This document shows positions 26,984-41,547 of a stretch of DNA of 64,000 bases, in pieces. The translations under genes were made by a program, and so were the position numbers. Numbering within the stretch: position 1 is the stretch's first letter; the number at the start of each line of letters is the position of its first letter. The notes beneath the pieces were generated by a model. The model was not told the DNA's origin and made no database searches. It worked only from the letters and a program-made list of their open reading frames with translations. Source of the stretch: Octopus vulgaris (lineage: Eukaryota); assembly GCA_951406725.2 (NCBI GenBank), contig OX597828.1, positions 35,712,001 through 35,776,000 on the forward strand, written 5' to 3'.

Positions 26984-29359
26984 TCATCATCATCATCATT
27001 TAAAGTCCATCATTTAAAGTCCATGGGTTGGACAGTTTGACCAGACTCCACTCTCATTTGGCATGATTTCTACAGCTGGATGCCCTTCCTAACACCAACC
27101 ACTTTGCAGATTGTGGTGGATGTTTTTATGTGGCACTGCACAGGGCACTTTTACGTGGCACCACATGGACACTTTTACATGATTCCACATGGGCATATAT
27201 ATATATATATGGTACCTGTAATTCAAAAGTTCAGTGTTGTTATATGTTATCTTGCTGATTGATCAACCTGATAATTGTGTTAAAAAAAATCAATGATGTC
27301 TGTGGAATACCCAACCACTTACTCTTTAATTTCACAAGTAGAAATTTGGTACGTCATCATCATTGAAACCAACGGAGAACTAACCACATGGAAAATACGC
27401 AGCAGGAATAAGAGCAATAAAAATAGCAGAGGACAAATGACGAACAGAAAAAAAAGTTCGTTATGAAGTAGGCCACTTAAATAGCCTTCCCAGACAACGC
27501 CCAGGTACTGTAACGACTGAATATAAACTGAATGATAAGTAAATAAATAAATAAGAATATTTAGATATGTAAATAAATATTTGCTGAATCAGGAATAGGC
27601 GCAGGATTGTTTATATCGTAGCAACTAAAGTACCAGCTATTATCAGGGTCAAAGTAGGGAGACTCGATACGTTTATCTGCTATCTTTTATTCTATAGTTT
27701 AACTACTATTTCTTGTTCTTGTTGCTACCATTGTTGCACTTGTTTGAAAGAAAACAGGTGGCAAAGAAAAGAAAGAAAAGATGAAATATTTTTGTTTGAA
27801 TTTTTGGAAAGTTATTTCTTTTTCTTTCTTTTGTTCTCAGTTACTTCTTTAAAGAAAAAAAAAACACATTTTATTTTCTTCAGCAAAATACACATCTACA
27901 TACAACAGACAAAATATTTGATGGTATATTGCTGCTACTTCATGTATATTTGATGTATATTGCTGAAGGCAGCGAGCTGGCAGAAACGTTAGCACGCCGG
28001 GCGAAATGCTTAGCGGTATTTCGTCTGTCGCAACGTTATGAGTTCAAATTCCACCGAGGTCAACTTTGCTTTTCATCCTTTCGGGGTCGATAAATTAAGT
28101 ACCAGTCAGGCACTGGGGTCGATGTAATCGACTTAATACCTATGTTTGTCCTTGTTTGTCCCCTTTATGTTTAGCCCCTTGTGGGTAATAAAGAAATAGG
28201 TATATTGCTGCTACTTGCTTTAATTATTTCCATATGAAATGGAAAGAAATATAAATTAACAATGATAGGTTAAATCCCATTCGTTAAATAATAAAAAAGA
28301 AATGGTCAACAATGAAGACAAGAAAGAAGATACAATAGCATATTTAACCCTTTGCCTAACCAAACCATTCTCAAAATTATGTCCAAAGTACCCATGCTTG
28401 TTTTCTGTCTTTCGGTTAACCCTTACTTCAAATGTTCTTCTATAAAGCTTTCCTTTCATAAGCTTCAAGTTACTCTCGTGATTCTCAGAGCTTGGGTCAG
28501 TTTGTCCTTATATCTGAGCCATGGGTCAACCAACATTCCTTTGTCCATCATAACTGACAGTATTGTGAGTCAATCGATATTTTGGTTACTGCATGGAAGT
28601 AAATCCTTTGATATTGTACTTGGTTTAACCCAAATGTATGATAAACCAGATACAATATTTCTTAACTTTGTAACAAGGCACAAAAAGCCAGCCCCATTTT
28701 GAACAAGATCTTGCCGGTACCCATTACCATGTCCAAGACAAGAAGGAGATCTCACCTGCAACCATTTACCATGCACGAGACGATAACGAGGCTCTTGCCA
28801 GCAACCAGTATTTAAGCAGGAGAAAAAGATGTTCCCTCTGTTTTTTTTCTGTCTCGCTTACACTGAGAAACACTGCAAAGCTAGGAGCTCCCAGCGGACT
28901 CTTGTCCTGCTCTAACTTCACCTGTTTATCTCCAGAAGTAATGAACCTCACGTGTACAGAGCTATAACAAACCACACGCTGCTATAAAGATGGTCATTGA
29001 GAGTGAACCACATGAACAAGAACTCTGTAAAACAAACGGTTATTGAATTGTACTCCACTTGTGAACTTCTTTTTCATGTTCCAGATCCTTGAAACTACAA
29101 AAATATTTATAATGGAAGAAGGAGATACTCCACAGGTATCATAAACTTTCCATTTCATTATGACATCAATTACAATAAGACATGATTAACAAAATATAAT
29201 TGGTTTGATTGACAGACAAGTATAAATATAATTTAACAGAAGAAATTGAAGACAAGTAATATTGCAATGTTTAAAACAAAAACAGAAAAAAAAAATTAAA
29301 TATAACTGTACAATATTCTTCCAAAGAAATGGTGGGGGAAATTGGTTCAATTTACTTAC

Positions 29360-29511
29360 CTGCAAAATGAGATTTCCAGTCAGTTATGGGTAAAACAGAA
29401 GCTATGACGGTAATTAATCCTCGGGGCAAAAGTCGAAGGATTTGTTGAACCTGAGAATCAGTTACATTCACAAGGTCAGTGCTGTTGATGGAGAGTATAT
29501 AGTCTCCAACC
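29360..29511 (-). CDS. Exon with the C-terminal half of PDZ-B ([39 protein letters not shown])
   Basis: Acceptor attttccag|G and donor G|GTAAGT. 152 nt, phase 2 to 1. Joining to the upstream exon gives [13 protein letters not shown], a canonical PDZ segment. Confidence 0.92.
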
Positions 29512-29543
29512 CTGGAAAATTTTAAAGAAAATGATATTTGTGT

Positions 29544-29633
<90 letters not shown>

Positions 29634-29666
29634 GTGTATATATATATATATATGTATGTATATATA

Positions 29667-29711
<45 letters not shown>

Positions 29712-30169
29712 TCAAATCAAATAAACAAACAATGAAATATCAAATGAGAGGACGTGCTGAAGGAATGTATTAGCTTGACACTCAGTAAAAAGAGAGATTC
29801 TTGATGTGTCGAGCATAGCTCTTCATCAGAAAGGAGAAAGGGGGAAAGTCCAAAGAAGGAAAAATAATTACCAACAGCATGCGTGTAGTTACTTTGTTTA
29901 ATGTCTGCTTTCCAAGCTGGCAAGGGTTGGGCAGTTTGAAAGGAGCTGGCCAGGCAGAAGACTGCACTAGACTTGTGTGTCTGTTTTGGCATGTTTTAGC
30001 ACATTTTTTACAGCTGGATGCCCTTCCAAATGCCAACCACTTTACAGTGTAAACTGGATACTTTTTACATGACATGTATTATTCATATATATATATATAC
30101 ACATACATACATTCACACATACATGCACACACACACACACACACATATATACATGTGTATATATATCTC

Positions 30170-30390
30170 TGCACACATTTTTTTTCTCTCCTTCTTTCTG
30201 TGTTTCTTCTCTGTGTATCTTTCTGTTGAAGAGCGTAGGCTCGAAATGTTAAAGACTTGCTTTATTTATATTTCTTGAGTGCCATACTAATTCAATTGTT
30301 TGTTTGTATTCCACCTGCCTTCGTCTTTTGTTTATTTCCGTAAACCTGCCTTCGTCTTTTGTCTATTTTCATAAAGCTTCCCATTATATA
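30170..30390 (+). mobile_element. Hammerhead-bearing repeat family (copies 60960-61140 +, related 29710-29890 -, fragment ~13245-13260 -)
   Basis: Shared cttt-CTGNNGA-a-GAGY-loop-RCTC-GAAAYRTY-aaga consensus with shared flanks. Each copy abuts (TA)n. Confidence 0.7.
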
Positions 30391-30696
30391 TATATAATGG
30401 ACTCACCCATCATTAGACAACACATGAGGGTTCAACAACTTCTTACTGAAAACCACATAGATAATTTGTTTTTTAGTGACCAAACATTTGTGTAGACGTC
30501 AGCTCACTCCCTCCATCAAATCGACATTACCTGTACAGGTGCAACTAGATACCAAATGTCAGATGTCGAAATGATTGCAGAGAAATGTGAAATGAAGTGC
30601 TTTGCCCAAGAACACAACGCAACGCCTGGTCTGGAAATCGAACCCATGATCTCTCAATCATGAGGGCAATACCCTAACCACTAAGCCCTGCACCTT

Positions 30697-30735
<39 letters not shown>

Positions 30736-30838
30736 TGAGTACCTTATTTACTCTAATAAATTAATTTACTCTGCTATGTATTGAGTACCTTATTTACTGT
30801 GGTTAACCCCGACTCAACCCGGGACCTACATATATATG

Positions 30839-30885
<47 letters not shown>

Positions 30886-32197
30886 GTATATATAGTCATG
30901 TAAGAATTCATAAGTTAAAAAAAATATGCACACACATATTTATCAATACAGTGGACATATTAATCAAAATGTACAACATCATATAGCTATTGCAGCTGAT
31001 CTTACCAGCTGGTTGCACGCTGTGATTCATATCTGTCAGCACTGATGAGTATGTGGTGTTATATAACCATGCTGTTATCTAATATTCAGCTTAATAATCC
31101 AGTGTGAAACCAATTGGCAAGATCAACTATAATGGATATAGAATACTGTACACTTTGATTAACACACACACAACACACACACACACACACACACACACTC
31201 ATATATTGACAGAGAGAAGCAACAGAAAAAATTCTTTAATTAACTATTAAAATTTTAATGTGAATAATACCAAAATACTATCAGCACCAATATAAGAGAG
31301 CAAAGTGTGAAACAGAACCACAAAGACTATTATGGCAATGTATCGGTAGACGAAAGGCCGAGACCTCTGGAGATATGCTGTGACTGCGAAGACCCAGCAA
31401 ATAAAGTGAATTCACGGCTGTAACCTACACCAGTGTCACATAACTAGCCCCAGCCCACTCAAAAGGACCTTGGATCATAGGGCAACATGCTGTGCTTGAG
31501 GAGACCTATTGAGTCAAGTACATCAAAATCAAAATGAAATGGAAATTGTAGTTGTGATCCCTGTGCCGGTTGCACATAAAAAGTACCATCCGAATGTGGC
31601 CAATGCCAGCACCGCCTTGACTGGCTTCCATGCTGGTTGCAGGTAAAAAGCACCCACTACACTCTTGGAGTGGTTGGTGTTAGGAAGGGCATCCAGCTGC
31701 AGAAACACTGCCAGATCAGACAGGAGCCTGGTGCAGCCACCTGGCTTCCTAGATCTCAGTTGAACTATCCAACTCATACCAGCATGGAAAACGGACGTTA
31801 AATGATGTTGGTGATGATGTATTAGACAAAATATTTGGGATATTAAGTAATGTCCCTTTCTGTTCAGGGCCCAAATCTGAGGTCAATGCTGCATTTCCTC
31901 CCACTGGCATCAACAAAATGAAACAGTTGTAATGATTTATATTTCTAAAATGCATCCTAAATATGAATGGAACTTTTATAAAAGATTCAGACTAACTCAT
32001 AGAAAACATTCTGATTATTATCAATTTCTAAATTTGGCATTTAGTAGATGTCCATTTGAGGTGCCATGCAAAATTAACTAAACTCTATGGCTATTCTTGA
32101 GTCCATAGAAAAATCATAAGCAAGAAGAATGCAAAAATCACTAAAAAGAAAAATAAGATAAAATAAAATGTAAAATGACATATAAACAAAAACTCAC

Positions 32198-34215
32198 TTA
32201 ATGTTCCCATTTTTTCCAATTGTGCTTTGGCTTTTAATTTCTGATACTCTGACAAAACCATTTTCGTCTACAGTCAGCTTCATCCCTAAACCAAGGATCC
32301 CTTTCAATACTTCCACCCGAAAAGGTTTCTCTTCAGATCTAGTTTTGTTACTGTTTTTCCTCTCCTGTTTCATAGAACTTGAGAAGAGTCTCTTTGGTAA
32401 AACAAGTTTTTCTTTATTGTTCACAGAAGAGTTACTACTTGGCAGTATTTTTTCGCTAACATTCTTCAATAAACTAGTATCAATAGCATATTTGTTCAAA
32501 GATTTTAGTTGATTGTCTTGAAATGACTCAGTCATATAGCTGGACGTCATGGTTCTTGGTAGGGATTTCGTATCCCTTGATTTTAGGTGGACCCCAGACA
32601 TCATTGTGTTTTTCAGTGGCTTTGAAGATCGGTTGGTCTCTTGATCCCCATCATTGCACATATCAAATGACGATTCTGATGTTTTACAAGAATCTGCTGA
32701 TTCAGAGAAATCGGAATGGTTACTCTTTTGAAACTTGTCGCCTAGTTCTGCTGATATTTCTGATAAATCTTGATAAGTTGTTGTATCATCCTCATCAGTT
32801 TTCACATCATAGTACACTGTTGACGAGTCGTCTTCAGATTTAAAGTCATCAGATATATTGGAGTACGGAGAAGCAATATCTCTTTTGTGGGAAATCGTTA
32901 GACTGTTAAGGGAGCTGTTTTTCTGAATTCTCGGAGAATCAGGACGTCCAGAATCTGGGGACATCACCAAGGTTTCTTCAACGCCATCATTTTGGGAATG
33001 CATTAATGACAAGTGTGTATTAATATCTCCATCTTCATCAGCAGCTTGTGCTCCAAAAGAGCTTGGAAGGCTACCGTCAGTGGAGAAAGGGGATTCTAAT
33101 TCATCCTCAAGCAACTCATTGTAGGAAGCTAATTTTTTCTGGTTATTATTCGACTGGAAATTCAAAAGATCATTTGAATTATTTGTAATCTTGATTTTTT
33201 GGTGATGGCTAATAGGGAATCCAGTTCTATTGATATTGAAGTTGTTGAGATTATGTTCTGATCTGTAGTTGTCTTGCTGATCAAGGAAAGGATCAATGTC
33301 AATATCATCCAAGTCAGATTTGCTCTCACCAGCAGCTTCTCGTGGTGCAACAACAGTGCTTTGAAATGTAAGATCGGCTTTGTGAGGAGGTGGACTATCT
33401 AAACCTAAAGAGATCAAATCCTCGTTGGAGTAGCATGGACAGATGATACTGAAGTTGTTGTTCAGTTCGTTTGAAATTAATGAATCGTCAGACCCATTTA
33501 ATGAAAATTCTTGCTTAGAGTTTCTGTACTCTGACATATTTCTCTGACCTGCTGAATTATTCGGCACACTGCTGTGCTCACTGACAACATCTTGTTGGAC
33601 ACATTTGTTTTCAACAACACCTTCTGTAAGACTCTTATCTTTCGAGCCCCCTAAATTAACTTCAGTAATGTCTTGTGTCTCACTGGACAGATTTGGAGTA
33701 CCAATAGGATCTAAACAAAGAGCTTGAGTGGTTGACTCTACTGGTACAGTTTCGCTTGTAAGGTTTTCCTCTGTGTAGCTATCACTAGTTGATTCTTGTA
33801 ACTTAGCAACTTCTGCAGTTACGTTATTCAATATATCTATTGATATTTCAGAATCCTCTGTGCTCAAGTCTTTGAAACTTATCAACAAATCTTCATTTTC
33901 ATCAAATTCCTTTGGTTTGTCTTTGATGTTTCTGTTTTCCAATTCTATCTCAGGGTTCCACGTGTTGTTGCTGTTGTTGTTGTAGACTTTTGTTTCTTGG
34001 TTAATGTTTGTTTCTGATTCAATGTTTTCATCTACTGCGATAGCATCCTTGCGCAAAATTTCGAAAGTCAAGGACGGACCTTCAGAGTTGATTATGTTCA
34101 AACACTGGTTAAATGGAATCTTGTACAGAGAATTACCATTGCAGGATACCAAGCAGTCTCCTTGGTTCAACAACTTTGATTTTGAACAAAGTCCTTCAGG
34201 ATCTAAGCTTTTGAT
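32198..34215 (-). CDS. Giant exon (2018 nt): C-terminal half of PDZ-A, an acidic/Ser-rich linker, and the N-terminal half of PDZ-B (VEVLKGILGLGMKL)
   Basis: Lies within the 688-aa ORF. Acceptor tttttcttttacag|ATC and donor AA|GTGAGT. Contains IKSLDPEG...LNQGDCLVSCNG and a GLGM carboxylate-binding loop. Confidence 0.92.
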
Positions 34216-34302
34216 CTGTAAAAGAAAAAAGAAAAAACAAGGATATAAGACCAGAGACATTATTAATGAATGTTAGAAGTCTTACTTCATGCCAAGAGCA
34301 GA

Positions 34303-34380
<78 letters not shown>

Positions 34381-34382
<2 letters not shown>

Positions 34383-34870
34383 TAAAGACTTCAGACAAAA
34401 ATCATGCCTCCTCATTGATACAACTGTCCCAATTGATATAAACGTATCTGTCAAACCTACCAAAAACTGAGCAAGTATAAAGATCTTGAAATAGAAATTA
34501 GCAAAATGTGGAACCTGAAGACTAAAGCAATACCTGCTGTCATAGGTGCCCTGGGAATGTTAGCAAAAGGGGCTGATTGCTACCTAGCTCAGATACCAGG
34601 AAACCCCAAAATGGCAGAAATTCAAAAGATAGTGCTCATGGGAACTGCCCATATCCTACGCAAAATACTTTCTATGTAATCTCAAGTTTTAAAACAAACA
34701 TAATTTTCTTATGTTTTTTTTTAAACATTCTCTAGAACAACACTATGTACAAAACTAAATATATGGCACCCTAGGCATAACACCAACATGAACTTTCAAC
34801 TTGTCGTTTCTTGAGGTCTCTGGATGAAACTTGGAGCCAACTTGTACAAATGCAAAGCAAAAGTCAAATC
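34381..34870 (+). mobile_element. 5'-truncated Dong/R4-type non-LTR retrotransposon (restriction-like endonuclease end plus 3' UTR) adjoining (AAT)n
   Basis: CLLIDTTVP...KLSKYKDLEIEISKMW...IPAVIGALG...IQKIVLMGTAHILRKIL* with one frameshift. Preceded by an (AAT)n array. Confidence 0.88.
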
Positions 34871-35042
34871 ATCATCATCATCATCATCATCGTTTAACAT
34901 CCGCTTTCCATGCTAGCATGGGTTGGACGGTTCAACTGGGGTCTGGCAAGCCCAAAGGCTGCACCAGGCCAGTCAGATCTGGCAGTGTTTCTACAGCTGG
35001 ATGCCCTTCCTAACGTCAACCACTCCGAGAGTGTAGTGGGTG

Positions 35043-35310
35043 ATTTTATGTGCCACCGACACAGGTGCCAGACGAGGCTGGCAGACGGTCACGCTCGGAT
35101 GGTGTTTTTTATGTGCCACCTACACAGGTGCCAGACGAGGCTGGCAGACGGCCACGCTCGGATGGTGTTTTTTTATGTGCCACCGACACAGGTGCCAGAC
35201 GAGGCTGGCAGATGGCCATGCTCGGATGGTGTTTTCGGTGTTTTCTTATGTGCCACCGACACAGGTGCCAGACGAGGCTGGCGAACGGCTATGATCGAAT
35301 GGTGTTTGTT
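35043..35310. repeat. ~62-bp tandem repeat, 4 copies, inside a family C element
   Basis: Repeated unit ttttatgtgccaccgacacaggtgccagacgaggctggcagacgg... Confidence 0.9.
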
Positions 35311-35633
35311 ACTTGCCCACAGCACGGAGGCCAGTCAATGCGGTACTGGCTACGGTCCTGTTCGGATGGTTTTCTTATGTGCCACCGGCACTGGTACCAC
35401 AAGGATACAAATTCCATTGATTGGTTTGATTTGATTCGATTTGACTTCGATTTGACTTTCACTTGTCTCAACAGGTCTTCACAAGTGTCACAAGCAGGAA
35501 GGTATGCACAGGTGGACTGACTACGTCCCAGGTAGCGGCCATGGGTTATGGCTTCACTAGTCTTGCCGGGTCTTCTCACGCACAGCATACTTCCATAGGT
35601 CTCGGTCTCTAGTCATTTCCATGGTGAGACCTA

Positions 35634-35686
<53 letters not shown>

Positions 35687-38293
35687 AGTGGAAGAATTGT
35701 TAGTATGCCAGGCAAAATACTGTTGCCTGGCACTTTGTCTGACAGGATTGTTAGCACAGTCAGACAAAAAACTCAGTGATATTTTTTCCTCCTTTTTACA
35801 TTCTGAGTTCAAATTCTGCCAAGGTCACTCTGCCTCTTATCCTTTCATGAGTCAATTAAAGAGAACCAGTTGAGCAAAAGGGTCAATTGACTATTTCCTT
35901 CTCCTTAATATTGCTAGCTTTGTGTTAAAATCACAATTATCATAATCAATAATATTACTATTATTATTATTACTTTTGATAAGTGTGTGTATTCAGAGTA
36001 AGAGAGAGAGAGAGAAAGAAAGAAAGAAAGAAAGAAAGAAAGCAAGAAAGAAAGCTCAAAGACATGTGCTTAGTTAAGCATATGTGTGTGTTTATTATAG
36101 TCCTGCTGAATACTAAGCTCAAATTGTCTGGCATCCAGCCTGACTCAAGCTCTTCTCAGCTTTTGTCTTCATCTCTTAAACACCAGAACAGCAGAGTTAC
36201 ATCAGAGATCACAGAGTCATAGAGCAGAGATGGAGGGAGGACAAGGAGCGAAATAGCGAAAAAGGAAGTAGAGTGGCAGAGAGAGTAAGTGTGAGAAGAG
36301 ACAAAACACAAGAAGGGAAAAGTGGAATGAAGAAAGGAAGAAAGGGAGCTAGTAGGAATGAAATGAGATGAGCTAGTGAGAAAGAGAGAGGAAGACAGAG
36401 GGGGATGAAGGAAGAAAATGAGAGAAGAAAGATAATTTGTTCACTGCATGCAATTGTGCAATGTTCAAAGATATCAGAACTTTGGGTTTATGTCGAACAA
36501 CTGTTGTCGCATCTGAGAAAAGTACAACTATCAACTGAGTCTATAATTAAGATTGTTCCGCCATCTTCCCTCATTAGGGAAGAGCAGACTTGTTTCTTCT
36601 GTGTAGTAGCTACCATGAAGGAGATAGTGTGGAAGATGAGAGTGAAAGGGGTCATGACAGGCACTTTCATCTCCAGCCTTGGTTTGGTGAACCTTTTCCT
36701 TTTCCATATGTAAAGGAAAGTAAGGATAGAGAGGAGATGCCTGTCACATGGAATATTTCAGGAATGATGGACGACTATAGCAAGAGTGTTGAAAGACAGT
36801 CAGACAGACAGAGAGGTAATATATATATACAATATTCATAAATATCATATATCTACCTATCTATGAATATATATTTTATAAATTATATATAAATTCAAAT
36901 GATGATGATGATAAATATACATACAGTATTTCCCTGCCATATTGCAGTTCACCTATCGCAGTTTATCATTTAAGCTTACATCAATTCCTCCATGGTGTTG
37001 TTTTGCATTTATAATAAAATAAATATATACAAATTATAAAGATAATTTTTTAAAATATACAATAAGCTTGTTTACCAACCACATGGTTCCGGGCAAGTGT
37101 CTTCTACTATAGCCTCGGGCCGACCAAAGCCTTGTGAGTGGATTTGGTAGACAGAAACTGAAAGCCCGTCGTATACATGTATATATATGTGTGCGTGTAT
37201 GTTTGTGTTTGTCCCCCTAGCATTGCTTGACAACTGATGCTGGTGTGTTTATGTCCCCGTCACTTAGCGGTTCAGCATAAGAGACCGATAGAATAAGTAC
37301 TGGGCTTACAAAGAATAAGTCCCAGGGTCGAGTTGCTCGATTAAAGGTGGTGCTCCAGTCAAATGATTGAAACAAGTAAAAGAGAGAGAAAGAGAGTAAT
37401 ACAGTATTGTTTCTACTTTGCAAATTTTCACCTATCGCAGGGGGCTTTTGGAACATAACACCTGCAAAAACCAAGGGATTACTGTGTGCGTATATGTTGC
37501 CAGTACTGCCTGACTGGCCCCCATGCCAGTGGCACGTAAAAAGCACCCACTACACTCTCAGAGTGGTTGGTGTTAGGAAGGGCATCCAGCCGTAGAAACT
37601 CTGCCAAATCAAGATTGGAGCCTGGTGCAGCCATCTGGTTTGCCAACCCTCAGTCAAAATCGTCCAACCCATGCCAGCATGGAAAGCGGACGTTAAACGA
37701 TGATGATGATATATATGAGTGTGTATGTGTGTTTCTGGAATGTACTCCTACACATATCACATCTGTAGCAGAATTTGCAGCAGGTAAGCAAAAATTATTA
37801 CACAGGTACACAAAACACATTAGTCAATGGAATGACATAAAAAGAAGGATGTCAATTGGGATTCCCCACCCTGCATTCTCCCATTTTAACCCCTTCTCCC
37901 AACGTTTCCCTTCCCACAGCCATTTTCCTTAGCAACCAGGTGGTCATGTTGACACCAGGTGAGATTATGTGTGTTAATTAATTCCTCCTACACAGCATAT
38001 GCTGTTGTGTGTGTGTGTGTGTATGCTTGTGTATATATGTATGTATGAATATATATGTATGTATATGCATGTATGTATTTGTAAGTGTGTATGTATGTAT
38101 GTATGTATGTATGTATGTATGTATGTATGTATGTATGCATATATATATGTATGTATGTATTTATATGCATTGTGTTCAGTCTGACAGTGTTGCACCTTGA
38201 GCAAGTGTCTTCTGAAGACCCAGGTCAATCTATATCTTGTATGTCAATAAAGCAAGGGTGGCATATATAAATGTATACAAGTACTTATCTATA

Positions 38294-38332
<39 letters not shown>

Positions 38333-38371
38333 ATATATGTATGTCTACATATATGTATGTATATATGTATG

Positions 38372-38446
<75 letters not shown>

Positions 38447-40445
38447 ATAGATATGTACTTGTATACATTTATATATGTCAGCCTTGCTTTATATATATAT
38501 ATATATATATATATACACGCACATGCATACATACTTATATATACACATGGAGGTGCAATAGCCCAGTGGTTAGAGCAGCAGACTGACGGTCATAGGATTG
38601 CATTTTTGATTCCCAGACTGGGCACAGTGAGTGTTTATTGAGTGAAAACACCTAAAGCTCTATGAGGCTCCAGTAAGGGGTGGTGGTGAACCCTGCTCTG
38701 CTCTACTCTTTCGCTACAACTTTCTCTCACTCTTCCTGTTTCTGTTGTACCTATATTTCAAAGGGCCAGCCTTGTCACACTCTGTGTCACGCTGAATCTC
38801 CCCGAGAACTACATTAAGGATAGACGTATCTGTGGAGTGGTCAGCCATATACACATTAATAAATGAGCTGCAACATCACTGATGCCAAGCTGTATTGGCC
38901 TTTGCCTTTCCCTTGGATAACCCGTGGCCTCTACCTGGGATGTAGCCAGTCCACTTATGCCAGTCCACTTATGCATACCTTTTCTTCTTGGGACACAAAA
39001 CTCTGCTTGTGAAGACCTGTTGAGGCAAGTGAAAATCCAAATCAAAATCGAAATCGATCAATATCAATGGAAACTGTAGCTGTGATACCAGTGCCGGTGG
39101 CACATAAGAGAACCATCCGAACGTGGCTGTTGAAAAGCTAATTTACCTTGAAAAGCTAATTTAAATAGCGAAAACCAGTTGGATATCACTATATCCATAA
39201 AATATGTATATATATTTTAAAAATTTCTTTATAAGAAAAATATTAAACTATGTGAAACAAAGGCATTTCTCTTCCACTTTTTATATATGTTTTCCACATA
39301 TTTTCCACTCATAATTTTGCCACGTGGTGTATACTGGTGTAAAAAGGTTGAATTAGATTTGTCCTTTAATTTGGAGGTTTCCAAAAAAATGATTTCTAAC
39401 ATAGATTCTTCATATTTTGCTGGCAGATTACTGGGGTAAAATTGCAAATAATACTTGTATGTGATGTGTTGTGAAATTCCATAAAACTCAACAATTTAGT
39501 TAAAAATGGAGAAGAGAAGATGATGTTAAAATATATAAGAGAATTTCATATAGCGATATAAAAATCCAGCAAATTCATTGTTGAATAGAATTAATTAAAT
39601 TAATTACTCTTTTACTTGTCCTTTGTTTCAGTCATTTGACTGTGGCCATGCTGGAGCACTGCCTTTAATCGAGTAAATCGACCCCGGGATTTATCCTTTG
39701 TAAGCCTAATACCTATCCTATTGGTCTCTTTTGCCGAACCGCTAAGTTACGGGGACATAAACACACCAGCATCGGTTGTCAAGCAATGCTAGAGGGACAA
39801 ACACAGACACACAAACATATACACACACACACACACATATATATATACATATATACGACAGGCTTCTTTCAGTTTCCTTCTACCAAATCCACTCACAAGG
39901 CTTTGGTCGGCCCGAGGCTATAGCAGAAGACACTTGCCCAAGATGCCACGCAGTGGGACTGAACCCAGAACCATGTGGTTGGTTAGCAAGCTTCTTACCA
40001 CACAGCCACTCCTGCGCCTATAGATTAAATCAATTTAATTAAAATCCTTATGCGCTTGGATTAATATACTTCAGTACAAAAAGTATAAACAAAATTTTTA
40101 CAAAGGACTTGAGAAAGGAAAGTCTGGTGGGTCGATGGTGGTGTTAGAATTGGTTGTCGATTTTAGCCACAGACAAGCCACTGTCTTGAAAAGATAACAT
40201 GACTAAAGGCAATCTAGCCATGACTACCCTGTCATTTTGTATATTTAGGCCAATGTGAGCCTTCCTTCACTTGAAGTGATAGGATACGTTTGGTTGGAAT
40301 TCAGTTGCTATTTCTAGCAGGTCAAGTACCTTGTATAGATAGTGGTGATGATGGTAGTGGCAGTGGTGGTGGCAACAAAGGTGGTGTTGGCAGTGTTCAC
40401 ACAGGTAGTGGTGATGATGGTAACTGATAGTGGTGGTGGTGATTG

Positions 40446-40476
<31 letters not shown>

Positions 40477-40759
40477 GATGGTGGTGGTGGTGGTGGTGGT
40501 GGCGGAAGTTTCTCCACTGGTTGTATGTGGTACGTATAGTTCATTACAGTTGGTGAGAACACATTATTAACAATGTATGTTGCTATGAGACAGCAGCAGC
40601 AGTAGTCGTAGTAGTAGTAGTAGTAGTCGTAGTAGTGATAGTTGTTGTTGTTGTTGTTGCTGTAGTTTCACAGTGTCCTTTCGGTCATGCATAACGCAAG
40701 AGGAAAGCAAATCACAAAGACATACGCATTGCATAAAAAGAGTGATTACGTGTTTTTGA

Positions 40760-41547
40760 GTAATGTATACAAGTGTATGTGTGTGTGAATGTATGTATAT
40801 GTGTGTGTGCGGGGGGAGGGAGCATACTAGTATACATGTGTCTATGTGCGTATGTGTGTGTGTTGAATGTGTCATGTGTCATGCATAGGTGCAGTGTGTG
40901 TGTGTGTGTAGTTCATAGCATATGATGTGTGTATATGTATGTAGTCTATTGCATGCAGTACGCATTGTGTATAGTGTGTGCAGTGTATATAGTGTATATC
41001 ATATGTAATGCACTTTATGTATAACATTTAGTGTATAGTGAGGGTGTGTGTGTGTATGTGTGTGTGCTTCTGTGTACATGTATGTTTGTGTATGTTTGTG
41101 TTTGTGTGTTATATGTGTGTGCATGTATGTTTGTGTATATATGCGTTTATATGTGTGTTTGTGTATGTGCAAGTTTGTGTGTTTGGGTGTGCATGTATGT
41201 TTGTGTTTGTGTGTGTTGTGTGTTATATGTGTGTGCATGTATATTTGTGTGTATTTGTGTGTATGAGTATGTGTGCGTTTGTGTGTATGAGTATGTGTGT
41301 GTTTGTGTGTATGAGTATGTGTGTGTGTTTGTGTAAGCATGTATGTTTGTGTGTGTGTGTTGTGTGTTATATGTGTGTGCATGTATGTTTGTGTGTATGT
41401 GTGTGAATATGTGTATGTATATGTGTGTGTATGTATGTGTGTTTGTGTATGCATGTATGTTTGTGTGTGTGTGTGTTATATGCATGTGCATGTATGTTTG
41501 TGTATATGTGTGTGTATCTATATGCGTGTGTGTTTGTGTGTGTGTAT
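40760..41547. repeat. Long degenerate (GT)-rich simple-sequence tract
   Basis: Mosaic of gtgtgt/gtatgt/gtttgt read directly. Confidence 0.9.

Noticed and set aside
31042-31115. CTGATGA...GAAAC as a hammerhead (also 20886 and 43520)
   Set aside because: No stem II closes next to GAAA, and there is no helix I pairing.
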